NCBI GenBank assembly: GCA_965205025.1
Contig: CBDBFU010000028.1
Span: 32,001-96,000 of the forward strand
Length of the DNA: 64,000 bases
Reading direction: 5' to 3'
Source: Candidatus Poribacteria bacterium
GTDB taxonomy: Bacteria > Poribacteria > WGA-4E > WGA-3G
The notes beneath the pieces were generated by a model. It ran no database searches. It was not told the origin of the DNA and saw only the letters and a program-made list of their open reading frames with translations. Positions 50,149-61,368 of this stretch are shown here, piece by piece. A program made the translations under genes and the position numbers. Positions within the stretch are counted from its first letter, which is position 1, and every line of letters starts with the position of its first letter.

Positions 50149-51393
50149 TTGAAAGACTACAATCAAATATTAGCATTCTTAGATAATCAGAACTCCGAGT
50201 GTGAGTGGATAAATAGATTTACACAATCCTATCATATCTTCACTCGTACAGGAAAATGGGATCATGAATATCAGATATATACATCTGGATGGAAAGAAAT
50301 AGAAGGAGTTATGATTCTTCACCCAGAACCAGAGGACGGTATTGACTATAATGTAATATTAAGTGCCAAGACTGAACGGAGCTTACGAGAATTACTATTA
50401 AAATTTCCAAGATGCCGTATAGGTAATTTTTCATTCACTAAAACTTGGATGAAATCCAGAAGTGAAAACATATTGACATATAATAATGATCAATTTAAAA
50501 ATGGAGATATATTTCGGGGAATGAAACGAGGAAGTGAAGGAAGTGAAAAAAATAGAACCATAGATAAGAAAAAAGATTCAATTGTTACAGAAATTCGTAA
50601 ACTATCTCAAGAAAAAGGGAGAAGTGAATTAAATCAATTCATGGTTGAAGGTGATCTGTTGGTAAACCGCGCTTTCAAAGATGGTTTACCAATAGAATCT
50701 ATAATATATACTTCTAAATATATTACATCTCAGGACGGAAAGAGTTTTCTAATGGAAGCATCAACAGATAATATTTCAATCTATAATGTTAACGATGGTG
50801 TTATGGGGTCAATCACAAAAACCCGTCCAGTTCCAACAATACTGGCTTCAATACATTACTTTTACGCTCCATTTTTCTTAGATACTGAAGAACTGAACTT
50901 TCAATATTCACACAATTGTACGCTATTAATTGCAGAAAACATTGAAAATCCTGATAACTTAGGTATGACTATACGGACTGCTGATGCAGCAGGTGTCTCA
51001 GCAGTATTGATTACTGGGGATGGATGCAGTCCATTTCATAAGAATTGTATACGTGCATCACGTGGAGCTATTGGTCGTCTTCCATTGTTTCATAGTCCAT
51101 CATCAGTATTAGCAGTTGAAGAATTAATCCGGGCTGGATGGAAAGTATATGGAACAACATCAAATACAGATAATGATTTATATGGAATGGAGATGTCATT
51201 TCCTAATTCAGTGATTGTTGGTAATGAAAATACTGGAATACTACCTGAAACATTGGAAAAATGTACGAATATAATTAGGATTCCAATGGCACAAGGACAG
51301 TCTTCTTTAAATGTTGGTGTTGCTGCTGGAATTCTCCTATTTGAAGTTTCACGCCAAAAACAACCTAATCAATCCAACTCTCCTATGTACTAA
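50149..51393 (+). CDS. TrmH/SpoU RNA methyltransferase with N-terminal extension
   Basis: ENPDNLGMTIRTADAAG, VGNENTG, IPM....SLNV. Confidence 0.85.
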   Translation: MKDYNQILAFLDNQNSECEWINRFTQSYHIFTRTGKWDHEYQIYTSGWKEIEGVMILHPEPEDGIDYNVILSAKTERSLRELLLKFPRCRIGNFSFTKTWMKSRSENILTYNNDQFKNGDIFRGMKRGSEGSEKNRTIDKKKDSIVTEIRKLSQEKGRSELNQFMVEGDLLVNRAFKDGLPIESIIYTSKYITSQDGKSFLMEASTDNISIYNVNDGVMGSITKTRPVPTILASIHYFYAPFFLDTEELNFQYSHNCTLLIAENIENPDNLGMTIRTADAAGVSAVLITGDGCSPFHKNCIRASRGAIGRLPLFHSPSSVLAVEELIRAGWKVYGTTSNTDNDLYGMEMSFPNSVIVGNENTGILPETLEKCTNIIRIPMAQGQSSLNVGVAAGILLFEVSRQKQPNQSNSPMY

Positions 51394-51503
51394 AAATCTT
51401 TCAGTCAATATTTTCAATTGAAGGTAGTTTGACAATATGATAAGATAGGATTTATAAGATCTTGGGTTAAAAATACTCATCATTAATACAAGAGGAAAAA
51501 ATC

Positions 51504-52790
51504 ATGAGACTATCCATTTTATGCATAATGTTAAGTCTGGTGATTTCTTTAGTGTCTGCTGAAGAAGCACCAAAGCAAGATTCTAATATTGAACAGGTGA
51601 AATCATGTACTGAAAATCTACAAGAAATTGGTAAAGCAATCCAATCCTATAGGGAGGAACACGGAGAATTTCCAAATTGGCTTTCAGACCTTCATCCTCA
51701 ATATATAACCGATAAGAATATACTGATCTGTCCATCAGATAATAATGATGGAAAGGTGCTCTACTCACGAGCTGTTGATCCCAATTTACCTGTAAGTTAT
51801 AACTATGAACTTTACTCTGGACAAAGAAAGACTGTGAAGGAAAACCGAGTCATGTATGGTGATGTTGTACCAATTGTTCGTTGTATGCATCACTTAAACA
51901 ACACTGGTTTTTCCATAAATTTATGTTTTGATAATAAGGTTAAACAATTACCATATCAATGGAATAGTTCGCTTGTAGAATTGTATGGGGATGTTGAGAA
52001 AGCGATTAAATCGTTAGAGGAAGGTTTTGAGAAACAACCGAAAAATAGACAATTCTTCAATGTATATCCAATTCTCGCAAAACTATATGTAGATGCTGGA
52101 CGACTTGATGATGCAGATAATCTCATTAAACGCTATAAGACACTAATAATAACCAATAACTATTCGCACCACCTTTATTTGGGTAATATGCTCAGACTGT
52201 TGAATCGTCAGGATGAGGAGCTTGAATTGTATCTGGAATTCGACAAAGAATATCCAAAGAATCGGTTTATATTAGAGAGAATAGCAAACATATACAAGGA
52301 TCAAGGAAAAACTGAATTAGCCTTGGAATACAGAAAAAAATTTGTACCAGGATTAGCATACATTGGAAAGATGGTACCAGATTTTAACGCAACAGATCTT
52401 GATGGCAACGCAATATCCATTGAAACATATCGTGGAAAAGTTGTATTGGTTGATTTTTGGGCAGTATGGTGTGGACCCTGTGTTGCCGAAACGCCTAATA
52501 TGAAGAAGGTATATGATGCCTATAAGGATAAAGGGTTTGATATTATAGGAATTAGTCTTGATAATGATGAAGCAAATCTAAGAGAATATCTCAAAGAGAA
52601 AAACATTACTTGGCGACAAGTATTTAGTGGAAAAGGATGGGATAGTCCGGTAGCAAGACAATATGGAATATATAGTATTCCAAATATGTGGCTTATTGAT
52701 AAAGATGGGAAATTAATATCCAATAATGCCAGAGGGAAAAAATTAGAGAGTTTGGTAGTTGAAGCATTGAATGATAAGACAATTGAATAA
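51504..52790 (+). CDS. Exported TlpA/redoxin protein with TPR-like middle region
   Basis: DFWAVWCGPC; N-terminal CTENLQEIGKAI..Y.....FP...CP resembles a pilin-associated DUF1559-like domain. Confidence 0.8.
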   Translation: MRLSILCIMLSLVISLVSAEEAPKQDSNIEQVKSCTENLQEIGKAIQSYREEHGEFPNWLSDLHPQYITDKNILICPSDNNDGKVLYSRAVDPNLPVSYNYELYSGQRKTVKENRVMYGDVVPIVRCMHHLNNTGFSINLCFDNKVKQLPYQWNSSLVELYGDVEKAIKSLEEGFEKQPKNRQFFNVYPILAKLYVDAGRLDDADNLIKRYKTLIITNNYSHHLYLGNMLRLLNRQDEELELYLEFDKEYPKNRFILERIANIYKDQGKTELALEYRKKFVPGLAYIGKMVPDFNATDLDGNAISIETYRGKVVLVDFWAVWCGPCVAETPNMKKVYDAYKDKGFDIIGISLDNDEANLREYLKEKNITWRQVFSGKGWDSPVARQYGIYSIPNMWLIDKDGKLISNNARGKKLESLVVEALNDKTIE

Positions 52791-52867
52791 TCAAACTGTA
52801 ACCTAATTGGAGTGGTGTTCTTTTTACCAGAATTCCACTCCTACCCATTATGTATCTTCAAATGTAA

Positions 52868-53941
52868 ATGAAAATTGTTGTCTTAAGTGATAATAGACCT
52901 GGGCATTACAAGCAATCTTTGGGTATGGTACAAAACCTTACCGATTATACTATTGAATGGCAAGACATACGATTCCGTCAAAAATGGCGTGACAACCTAT
53001 TACGAATTTTTATCTGTATATTCGGTAGGTTTTCCCTACCAACGCCATTCATAAAATCCCTCCTCGAATGGAGTCTTCATTCTACTGACTATAAGTCTCT
53101 ACTCATTAAAAACAATGTAGATATAGTAATGTCTACAGGTTCATCTCTTGCTACAATAAATCTTCTTCTTGGAAAACTCTATCAAGCAAAAACCATTACT
53201 TGTCGTAGGCCATCCCCAATCGGAATACGTCATTTTGATCTTGCAGTCCTCCCTATGCTTTCATGGCATACAAGTAAAAATCAGAAAAATGTTTGTAAAA
53301 CTATTGGTGTGCCAAACCCAATCTCACCTGAACTTCTAAATAAAAAAAAAGATGATTATGCCAAGACTCTAAACTTGGATAGGCGTAAATTCATAGGAAT
53401 ATTAATTGGAGGAACTGATAAATCTGAGACTATCACAATTGATGATGCAAAACAACTATACAAAACCATTGAAACAGTTATAAGACACCTTGATTCACAG
53501 ATTCTCCTTACAACTTCTCGACGCACTGCCCCAGAGGTCACCGATTACTTAAAATCTACATTGGAACCAACGAATTGGTGTCCACTTTTCATTGAACCAA
53601 ACACACCATCGACTATTGATGATCCTTATGAAGCCATACTTTCATTAAGCGATCTTATTATTGTTACTGGGGACAGTTTTTCAATGGTATGTGAAGCAGC
53701 GAGTAGTGGAAGAAGTGTAATAGTTCTTCCTATGACTCTTAAAGTTACAAAAGAACCAAGAAGATATGAAGTATACAGATACATGGAGGAACAAACGATG
53801 TTAACCATAAGCAATTGGAATCAGCTTAATCTACATATCAAAGAACAATTCAAAGGTAATACATCAACTAAAATACTACAAGATACAGAAACAGCAGTCC
53901 GAGCAATACGGAAACTACTAAAATCTAAACAAGAGAAATAG
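52868..53941 (+). CDS. ELM1/GtrOC1-family putative glycosyltransferase
   Basis: SDNRPGHYKQSLG, LIGG, TTSRRT, VTGDSFSMVCEA. Confidence 0.8.
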   Translation: MKIVVLSDNRPGHYKQSLGMVQNLTDYTIEWQDIRFRQKWRDNLLRIFICIFGRFSLPTPFIKSLLEWSLHSTDYKSLLIKNNVDIVMSTGSSLATINLLLGKLYQAKTITCRRPSPIGIRHFDLAVLPMLSWHTSKNQKNVCKTIGVPNPISPELLNKKKDDYAKTLNLDRRKFIGILIGGTDKSETITIDDAKQLYKTIETVIRHLDSQILLTTSRRTAPEVTDYLKSTLEPTNWCPLFIEPNTPSTIDDPYEAILSLSDLIIVTGDSFSMVCEAASSGRSVIVLPMTLKVTKEPRRYEVYRYMEEQTMLTISNWNQLNLHIKEQFKGNTSTKILQDTETAVRAIRKLLKSKQEK

Positions 53942-54110
53942 AGCAACAAATCGATATTCTCAGTGTTATCAATAAAAATTGCAACTAATGTAATTCTAAT
54001 ACAAAAGTAAAATACGATGGTTTCATTTCTGAAACTTTATCTACTTAGACAACACCTCTAAAGGAAGGTCTGGATTTCTATTCTACCTCATATACTTAAC
54101 AGCAAATAAC

Positions 54111-54136
54111 AAAGGGAGGTAAATATACCTCCCTTT
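54111..54136. terminator. Bidirectional intrinsic terminator
   Basis: AAAGGGAGGT-AAATAT-ACCTCCCTTT between convergent genes. Confidence 0.65.
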
Positions 54137-54171
54137 TGAATCAAGTAATTCTGAAACAAGTCAACAAGTTG

Positions 54172-55107
54172 TTAATTCATATCGTCATCAGTATCTTCCA
54201 TCATAGGTTCATAATACCCAGAACCAAATAAATATCCATCATGCCGAATTGCCCAAGTCCGTTTCAGTTCATCCATCATATTCTCAGGATTCGGCCACAT
54301 ATACTCAACCCATAAACCTGTGCCAGTGGCTTTGGCTATATTTTCCCCAACCTGTGTGCCGTCATCTCCAACAACATTCTTAAGATCTGTACCTATAAAA
54401 TCCGGTCTTGGGGCATGGGCAACAAAACTATCATTTTCACCTGTAATGAATACATACCACTGTCCATCAATGTTTGCTTTATCATTGTAATAGGTTGCTG
54501 TTGCTTCAATACCTAATGCTTCATACCGTGCTATAGCTTCTAATACAATTTCGCGTGTATAAGCTTCTGGATTTTCTTTTGTAGCTTTTACAACTGTAGA
54601 TGGATCTGGTGTCCATGGTACATAATAGCCTGTCGCAAAAAGATAGCCTTCGTATCGAATTGACCACGTGCGTTTAATCTCTAACTTATTTGTATCAGGA
54701 TTTGGCCATAAATATTCTGTCCAAAGACCACTTTCTGTAGCCATCGCTATATTTGCACCTACAGGTGTTCCATCAATACTATCAATTTCTTTAATATCTT
54801 TACCAAGGAAATGCTGTGCCAATGGATGAGCAACATAAATATCATCTTTATCTGTAATGAAAACATACCATTGACCATCTATATTCGCTGGATCATGGTA
54901 ATAGGCAGCTGTAGCATCAGCACCATCGGTTTTGTATTTATCAATCGCTTGTTGAACAAGGGCTATTGCGTAGGTTTCGGGCATATCTTTTGTGGGTATT
55001 TCAGCTTGTTCGACAGAATCCATTAAAGACTTGGTTAAATTCTCACACCCAATTATACTTAGAACTGTAAAAGAAAAAATAAGCAGTATTACAAATTTCT
55101 GTTTCAA
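54172..55107 (-). CDS. Lipoprotein with two tandem single-Cache-like domains
   Basis: Lipobox IIGC; duplicated NIDGQWYVFIT...HP/HA...W.EY.WPNP...KRTW.IR..GYLF..GYY. Confidence 0.8.
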   Translation of the reverse strand: MKQKFVILLIFSFTVLSIIGCENLTKSLMDSVEQAEIPTKDMPETYAIALVQQAIDKYKTDGADATAAYYHDPANIDGQWYVFITDKDDIYVAHPLAQHFLGKDIKEIDSIDGTPVGANIAMATESGLWTEYLWPNPDTNKLEIKRTWSIRYEGYLFATGYYVPWTPDPSTVVKATKENPEAYTREIVLEAIARYEALGIEATATYYNDKANIDGQWYVFITGENDSFVAHAPRPDFIGTDLKNVVGDDGTQVGENIAKATGTGLWVEYMWPNPENMMDELKRTWAIRHDGYLFGSGYYEPMMEDTDDDMN

Positions 55108-55309
55108 ATTTGACTCCTTTTATGACATAAATTATAGAAGAATTAAATAATTTTTTATAAACATACATAATTGTATAATCTAAATTTTGGAATGTCAAAT
55201 TGCTTATACCCTTGTATTCAATTTTGTGTTAGTATAGTTGTAGTCTCATAAATGGCAGAATATGTATATTATGATTATATTCTAATCTTACTTATCATTG
55301 GAGATTCAA

Positions 55310-56539
55310 ATGGCAGATACATTGGCAATTTCAGGTGGAACTCCTGTTCGAAACACAGAAACTCACCCTTGGTCTTCCTGGCCCCAGAATACATCTGAGG
55401 AATGGAATTCAAAAGTTGAACCATTACTTCGAGATGTTTATATGAGTAGTAATGAAGGTTCAGGTGGGACTATGATACCTCGTTTTTGTGAACAATATGC
55501 CTCTTATACAGGAACTAACTACGCACTATTTATGCCACACGGAACAGATTCTATTAGTGCCGCATTAGCGGGTGCTTTAGATTTGGATGGTTTCAGTGAT
55601 GGAGGTGAAATCATCGTTCCAAACTATACATTTGTGGCAACGGCAAGTGCAGTATTGGAACGAAGGTGTACTGTTGCTTTTGTTGATATATCTCCTGACA
55701 CATTCACAATTGATCCTAAGGCTGTAGAAGCTGCAATTACACCTAAGACAAGGGCAATTCTTCCTGTCCATCTTGGTGGACACCCTGCAGATATGGGGAC
55801 ATTGCAAGAAATAGCCAAAAAGCATGAGTTATATCTGATTGAGGATTGCGCACAAGCACACGGAGCAGAATATCAGAATAAGAAAGTTGGAAATCTCAGT
55901 GATGTAGGTGCATTCAGTTTCCAAGCATCAAAAAACCTTACTTCTGGTGAAGGTGGTATGGTTACAACAAATGATAAAGATATCCATGACCGAGTCTGTG
56001 CATTTATGAATGTAGGACGCGCTCCCGGTGGGGCAAGGTGGGAATATCCCCGATTAGGATGGAACTATCGACCTTCAGAATATCTTGCTGCTATTTTACT
56101 TGTTAGGTTAGATCTTCTTGAAGAACAGACAAATCTACGGAATCGAAATGCTGTATATCTCTCATCATTGCTGGATGAAGTTCACGGTATTACTCCTCCA
56201 ATACATGCAACATGGGTAACAAAACACGGGTATCATTTGTATTGTATGAAATATAATCCAGAAGGTTTCGGTGGGAAATCACGTGAGGAATTCGTAAAAG
56301 CTCTCTCAGCAGAAGGCATTCCATGTTCAAGTGGTTATCGTTCACCATTGTCAAGAGAACCTGGTATGGCACATGTGGGAGAGAAATATCCTGATCTTAT
56401 TCGAACACTTCCTTGTCCAAATGCAGAATTAGTTTGTGAACAAAGTATTTGGTTATTCCAAAACCTGCTCTTAGGTTCTGAATCTGATATGAATCAGGTC
56501 ATTGAAGCAATAACTAAGATACACATCGCATGGAACTAA
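55310..56539 (+). CDS. DegT/DnrJ/EryC1/StrS aminotransferase
   Basis: YTFVATA, IEDCAQAHG, FSFQASKNLTSGEGG. Confidence 0.9.
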   Translation: MADTLAISGGTPVRNTETHPWSSWPQNTSEEWNSKVEPLLRDVYMSSNEGSGGTMIPRFCEQYASYTGTNYALFMPHGTDSISAALAGALDLDGFSDGGEIIVPNYTFVATASAVLERRCTVAFVDISPDTFTIDPKAVEAAITPKTRAILPVHLGGHPADMGTLQEIAKKHELYLIEDCAQAHGAEYQNKKVGNLSDVGAFSFQASKNLTSGEGGMVTTNDKDIHDRVCAFMNVGRAPGGARWEYPRLGWNYRPSEYLAAILLVRLDLLEEQTNLRNRNAVYLSSLLDEVHGITPPIHATWVTKHGYHLYCMKYNPEGFGGKSREEFVKALSAEGIPCSSGYRSPLSREPGMAHVGEKYPDLIRTLPCPNAELVCEQSIWLFQNLLLGSESDMNQVIEAITKIHIAWN

Positions 56540-56574
56540 TTTGATTTGGATATTAAACAAAAACCAATTCTCTG

Positions 56575-58404
56575 ATGCAAGAACAAAATAATAAACCACT
56601 TCTTGTTTATGACGGTGATTGCGATTTCTGTAAATATTGGATTACACAGTGGCAACATATCACACAGGATAGAATAAAGTATGTTCCATATCAGCAAATT
56701 GCATCAGAATTTCCCAATATACCTCTCTCTTCATTCCAATCGTCCATCAAATTAATACACACTGATGGTCAGGTTCATTCAGGTGCAGAGGCAGTCTTTC
56801 GTGCTTTGAATAATAGAATCCTGCTTTGGTGTTATACTAAGTTGAAGCTCTTTTCTGTTATATGTGAAGTATCATACCGAATTATTGCTAATAACCGTTC
56901 ACTATTCTCAGCATTAACCCGATGGTTATGGGGAACACATAATGAAAGAGTTACACTTTCATTTTCGCGTTGGATTTTTCTTAAAGGTCTTGGGTGCATC
57001 TATCTGTTTGCTTTTCTATCACTATGGGTTCAAATTCAAGGGTTACTTGGAAGTAATGGGATACTACCAATCGATCGGTATTTATCTAATATACAACTAC
57101 AGATAGGTTTTAAGTCCTACACCCTTTTACCTACACTTTTCTGGCTAAATTCTTCCGATTTTTTCTTACATATACTTTGTGGAATAGGGGTTGGTCTTTC
57201 ATTATTACTAATCGTTGGCTATATACCAACCCTCTGTTTAACAACCCTATGGGTTCTATACCTATCTCTCGTAACTATCGGACAAGTCTTTCTTAGTTTT
57301 CAATGGGATGTACTACTACTGGAAACTGGTTTTTTGGCAATCTTCATCTCTTCCCTTAGAATAAAGGATAATATAAATGCCAATTCATCATACCATTCAT
57401 TATATATATGGTTATTACGTTGGCTTTTATTCCGTTTAATGTTCGCTTCTGGTTATGTAAAATTAGTTAGTGATGAAGTTTGGCGTAACCTTACAGCACT
57501 CAACTTTCACTATGAAACACAACCATTACCCACATTGTTTGGATGGTATATACACCAATTACCTGAGTGGTTTCATAAGGCTTCAACATTCTTTATGTTT
57601 GGTGTTGAACTTGTCATACCATTCCTGGTTTTTGCCCCGCGTCGACTTCGTACATTAGGATCTTTCATTCTCATTGGTCTGCAACTATCGATTATACTTA
57701 CTGGTAATTACTGCTTTTTTAATCTACTAACTATATTACTATGTCTGCTACTAATAGACGACATCACTTGGAAAAAATTAATTCCAAAAAGATTCATTCA
57801 TACAAGACCTATTATTGATAAGTCCCTGAGAACTACCAGTAGGATTTGTTTGGTATCTTTAGCAATTCTACTTTTCTCATTGAGTTGTCTAAGATTTACC
57901 GGTCAACTGTTACCTGAAACTAAGATTAGAGAATTAGTTTGGAAAACACCGTTACAATGGATTACCCCTTTTCATTTAGTAAATACCTACGGTCTCTTTG
58001 CCGATATGACAGAAACACGACCTGAGATTGTAATTGAAGGGAGTAATGATAGGATTAACTGGATTCCTTATGAGTTTAAATGGAAACCTGGCGATCTATC
58101 AGAATCACCAAAATGGGTTGCTCCACACCAACCGAGATTAGACTGGCAAATGTGGTTTGCAGCACTTAGAGGAAATGTGAGAAACACGCCATGGTTTCTC
58201 AACTTTATGGAAGAATTGCTAAGAGGAAATCAAGATGTGGTAAATTTATTGAAAGAAAACCCATTTCCTAACGCTCCGCCAAAATATTTACGTGCCAATT
58301 TATACAACTATGAATTTACCGATATTGAAACTAAGAAGACTGAAGGCAAATGGTGGAGAAGAGAGAAAATTGGTACATACTGTCCAGTAATATCACTTCG
58401 TTAG
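56575..58404 (+). CDS. Lipase maturation factor family protein with N-terminal DCC1/DUF393 domain
   Basis: YDGDCDFC; FQWDVLLLE, HYETQPLP, PHQPRLDWQMWFAAL. Confidence 0.88.
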   Translation: MQEQNNKPLLVYDGDCDFCKYWITQWQHITQDRIKYVPYQQIASEFPNIPLSSFQSSIKLIHTDGQVHSGAEAVFRALNNRILLWCYTKLKLFSVICEVSYRIIANNRSLFSALTRWLWGTHNERVTLSFSRWIFLKGLGCIYLFAFLSLWVQIQGLLGSNGILPIDRYLSNIQLQIGFKSYTLLPTLFWLNSSDFFLHILCGIGVGLSLLLIVGYIPTLCLTTLWVLYLSLVTIGQVFLSFQWDVLLLETGFLAIFISSLRIKDNINANSSYHSLYIWLLRWLLFRLMFASGYVKLVSDEVWRNLTALNFHYETQPLPTLFGWYIHQLPEWFHKASTFFMFGVELVIPFLVFAPRRLRTLGSFILIGLQLSIILTGNYCFFNLLTILLCLLLIDDITWKKLIPKRFIHTRPIIDKSLRTTSRICLVSLAILLFSLSCLRFTGQLLPETKIRELVWKTPLQWITPFHLVNTYGLFADMTETRPEIVIEGSNDRINWIPYEFKWKPGDLSESPKWVAPHQPRLDWQMWFAALRGNVRNTPWFLNFMEELLRGNQDVVNLLKENPFPNAPPKYLRANLYNYEFTDIETKKTEGKWWRREKIGTYCPVISLR

Positions 58405-58441
58405 ACATTAGAATCAAATAACAACTATATTAGGTGAGAAA

Positions 58442-59203
58442 ATGCAAAGTGAATTTATATCGGTTGCATTAGATGCAGCCAAAAAAGCTGAAGATATCAT
58501 TCTATCATACTATAATGGAGATATTAATGTTGAGTTAAAAGAGGATGAAACCCCGGTTACCTATGCAGATAGAGAAGCTGAAAAGGTAATTAGAGAAACA
58601 ATTAAACATACATTTCCAGACCACGGTTTCTTAGGTGAAGAGTATGGAATTGAAAAAGGGGATTCACCTTATATCTGGATAATTGACCCTATAGACGCTA
58701 CCAAGAACTATATCAGAAAAATACCAATTTTTGGTACACAGATCGCATTAATGAAAGATGATGAATTAATCGTAGGTGTCTCTAATGCACCACTCTTAAA
58801 TGAAGTCCTATATGCAGAGAAAGGACATGGAGCATTTCTAAATGAAAACCCAATCAATGTATCAGAAATTACAGAACTGAATGATGCAATGATATGTCAT
58901 GGTGGGATAAAATGGTTTGTTGAAAAAGGTACATTCCATGGGATATACGACCTAATCAACGATACTGCTCGAAGTAGAGGGTTTGGTGACTTTTATATGT
59001 ACCATCTTCTGTCTTCTGCAAGAGCAGATGCAGTAATTGAAGCTGCAATTAGTATTTGGGATATAGCTGCAATTACTGTAATTATACAAGAGGCAGGTGG
59101 CAGAGTGACAGATTTACAAGGGAATGATATTATAACAAGGACGAATTCACTATTGGCTACAAATGGAATACTACATAATGAAATACTAAGCTATTTTCAG
59201 TGA
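58442..59203 (+). CDS. Inositol monophosphatase family protein (HisN-like)
   Basis: PVTYAD, GEE, WIIDPIDAT, RGFGDF, WDIAA. Confidence 0.85.
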   Translation: MQSEFISVALDAAKKAEDIILSYYNGDINVELKEDETPVTYADREAEKVIRETIKHTFPDHGFLGEEYGIEKGDSPYIWIIDPIDATKNYIRKIPIFGTQIALMKDDELIVGVSNAPLLNEVLYAEKGHGAFLNENPINVSEITELNDAMICHGGIKWFVEKGTFHGIYDLINDTARSRGFGDFYMYHLLSSARADAVIEAAISIWDIAAITVIIQEAGGRVTDLQGNDIITRTNSLLATNGILHNEILSYFQ

Positions 59204-59360
59204 AGAACTGATCAATAAATTATCATATCATTTCATAGCAGTCTTGTAATCTTGAAAGACATTTCTACATCTGTGATTCTATTGCTTGAACTTTAAGCAA
59301 TTACTATATATAATAATACTCATTTAGATTCGTAGTGGTTAATCCAAATTAAAGAAACTT

Positions 59361-60077
59361 ATGCCAGAAAAAATAATCCCAGATAAGCTTGTAGTTTTAA
59401 CATTTGATGATGGTTGTAAGTCTCAAGCGACCTTTGTTGGACCATTATTGGAAAGTTACGGTTTCGGTGCCACCTTCTATATTACGGAAGGACTTGGATT
59501 CTTAGATAATAAAGAAGCATATATGACTTGGGAAGAGGTATTATCACTCCATGATGCAGGCTTTGAAATAGGTAACCATACCCAGCACCACCGAAATGTA
59601 TCCACCCAATCTAAAGATGAACTGACGGAAGACCTACTCCATATAGATAAACGATGTGAAGAATATGGTATATCAAAGACGACTACATTTTGCTATCCTG
59701 GTTATAATTATTCAGATGAAGCAGTTCAGGTCGTTAAAAACTACGGTTTTCAATTTGCAAGACGTGGCATTGCCCCAGAATTTCCTTACGATTCTGAAGG
59801 TGGTAGAGGACCTGCCTATAACCCATTAATACATGATCCTCTCTTAGTTCCCACTACGGGGGCATCCGGACCAAATTGGGATTTTGACGATTTCAAATGG
59901 GCATTAACTCAAGCAACAGATGGTAATATAACCATTTTAACTTTTCATGGAGTTCCGGATATAGAACATCCGTGGGTACACACAGAACCCGATATATTTG
60001 AAACATACATGACATATCTTGCCGAGAACGACTTCACTGTCATTGCCCTCCGCGATTTATCAAGTTATATTTCTTAA
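59361..60077 (+). CDS. Polysaccharide deacetylase family protein
   Basis: LTFDDG, EIGNHTQHH, FCYPG, LTFHG. Confidence 0.85.
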   Translation: MPEKIIPDKLVVLTFDDGCKSQATFVGPLLESYGFGATFYITEGLGFLDNKEAYMTWEEVLSLHDAGFEIGNHTQHHRNVSTQSKDELTEDLLHIDKRCEEYGISKTTTFCYPGYNYSDEAVQVVKNYGFQFARRGIAPEFPYDSEGGRGPAYNPLIHDPLLVPTTGASGPNWDFDDFKWALTQATDGNITILTFHGVPDIEHPWVHTEPDIFETYMTYLAENDFTVIALRDLSSYIS

Positions 60078-60457
60078 TATAACTGAATCGGTTGTAGAAG
60101 ATTTACAGTTATTAATCCTTATATTCTACTTCATAACCACAGTAGGTTCGGATCTAACTTAGGAATAAGTTTGTTTTTCAGGTGTAAATGTTGTATACTT
60201 ATTAGGCTTTTTCTGATACATCAGGAGTAGGTATAGTTATTTTGTAATATTTATCTTAATCCTTGATATTTAAAATATCACTATTAACCTAAAACATTCT
60301 GTATCTATATGAGTTCTGATACGTAGTAATTGATTAGTTCTGAAAATCTATTTAACTTTATCAAAGACAAGGTGACATTATTATTATATCTTAAATTCAT
60401 TAATATTATATAAAGGGGTATATTACATCAGATCAATTCCTTGTATGATGTAATGAA

Positions 60458-61033
60458 GTGCACAGTCCATATACTTGTGTTGATTTTACGTTCATGTTAA
60501 AAGAAATTACAAATAATGTTACCCGATGGGACACGTATATATTCCAACGTATTTTCGGTTGGGGTGATAGGAGATTTCTTACCCGTTACTTCCGTATACT
60601 ATCCTGGAGTGCTAATGGATATCTATATCCGTTAGTAGCAATGTACGTATTAATTACATTCGAAACATCAATTACGAAACCTTTCTTACTTTCAGCCGCG
60701 GTTGCATTCCCAATAAAAGGTATTTTATACCATTTGATAAAACAAACTCTAAAACGTGATCGTCCTTATCAAAAAATTGATGAAATTACATTTAGAGTCC
60801 GACCACCAGATCGTTTTAGTTTTCCTTCCGGTCATACTGCTTCGGCATTTCTTGTTATGACCCTGTTATCAAGTTTTTTCCCTATTCCAATCTTGCATTT
60901 TACAACGTTTATCTGGGCTTCTATGGTTGGCGTAGCCCGTGTGTATTTAGGTGTTCATTATCCTACCGATGTCCTTGCTGGTTCAATGCTCGGTATATTC
61001 TCAGCAGAATTTGCTATGTTGATTGTTCAATAA
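60458..61033 (+). CDS. PAP2-family phosphatase
   Basis: K....[26 protein letters not shown]. Confidence 0.88.
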   Translation: MHSPYTCVDFTFMLKEITNNVTRWDTYIFQRIFGWGDRRFLTRYFRILSWSANGYLYPLVAMYVLITFETSITKPFLLSAAVAFPIKGILYHLIKQTLKRDRPYQKIDEITFRVRPPDRFSFPSGHTASAFLVMTLLSSFFPIPILHFTTFIWASMVGVARVYLGVHYPTDVLAGSMLGIFSAEFAMLIVQ

Positions 61034-61368
61034 ATTGCACATAATTTACCCGATAATATGTAAAGTATTTTGAATACTCCGAAATAGAGACTATAGTCAG
61101 TTAATTAACTTGTACCAAACAATCAATCTTCTCGGTAATCTACACATTAATTAAATAAAACCTATCGTTGTTTTATTTCCTTTTGTTATCGGCATTTCTA
61201 TGACAATAGAATTACCGCAGCATCGAATTTGAATTCCGTATTTCTCAATCTATACAGTAATTCCTAATTCCTGTAATTGAATTGTATTGTGATGATATCT
61301 ATCATCAAATAGATTAGTTTATTCTTAAAATATACTATAATCAAGTTTGCAGTAAAGGTTTGTAAACT

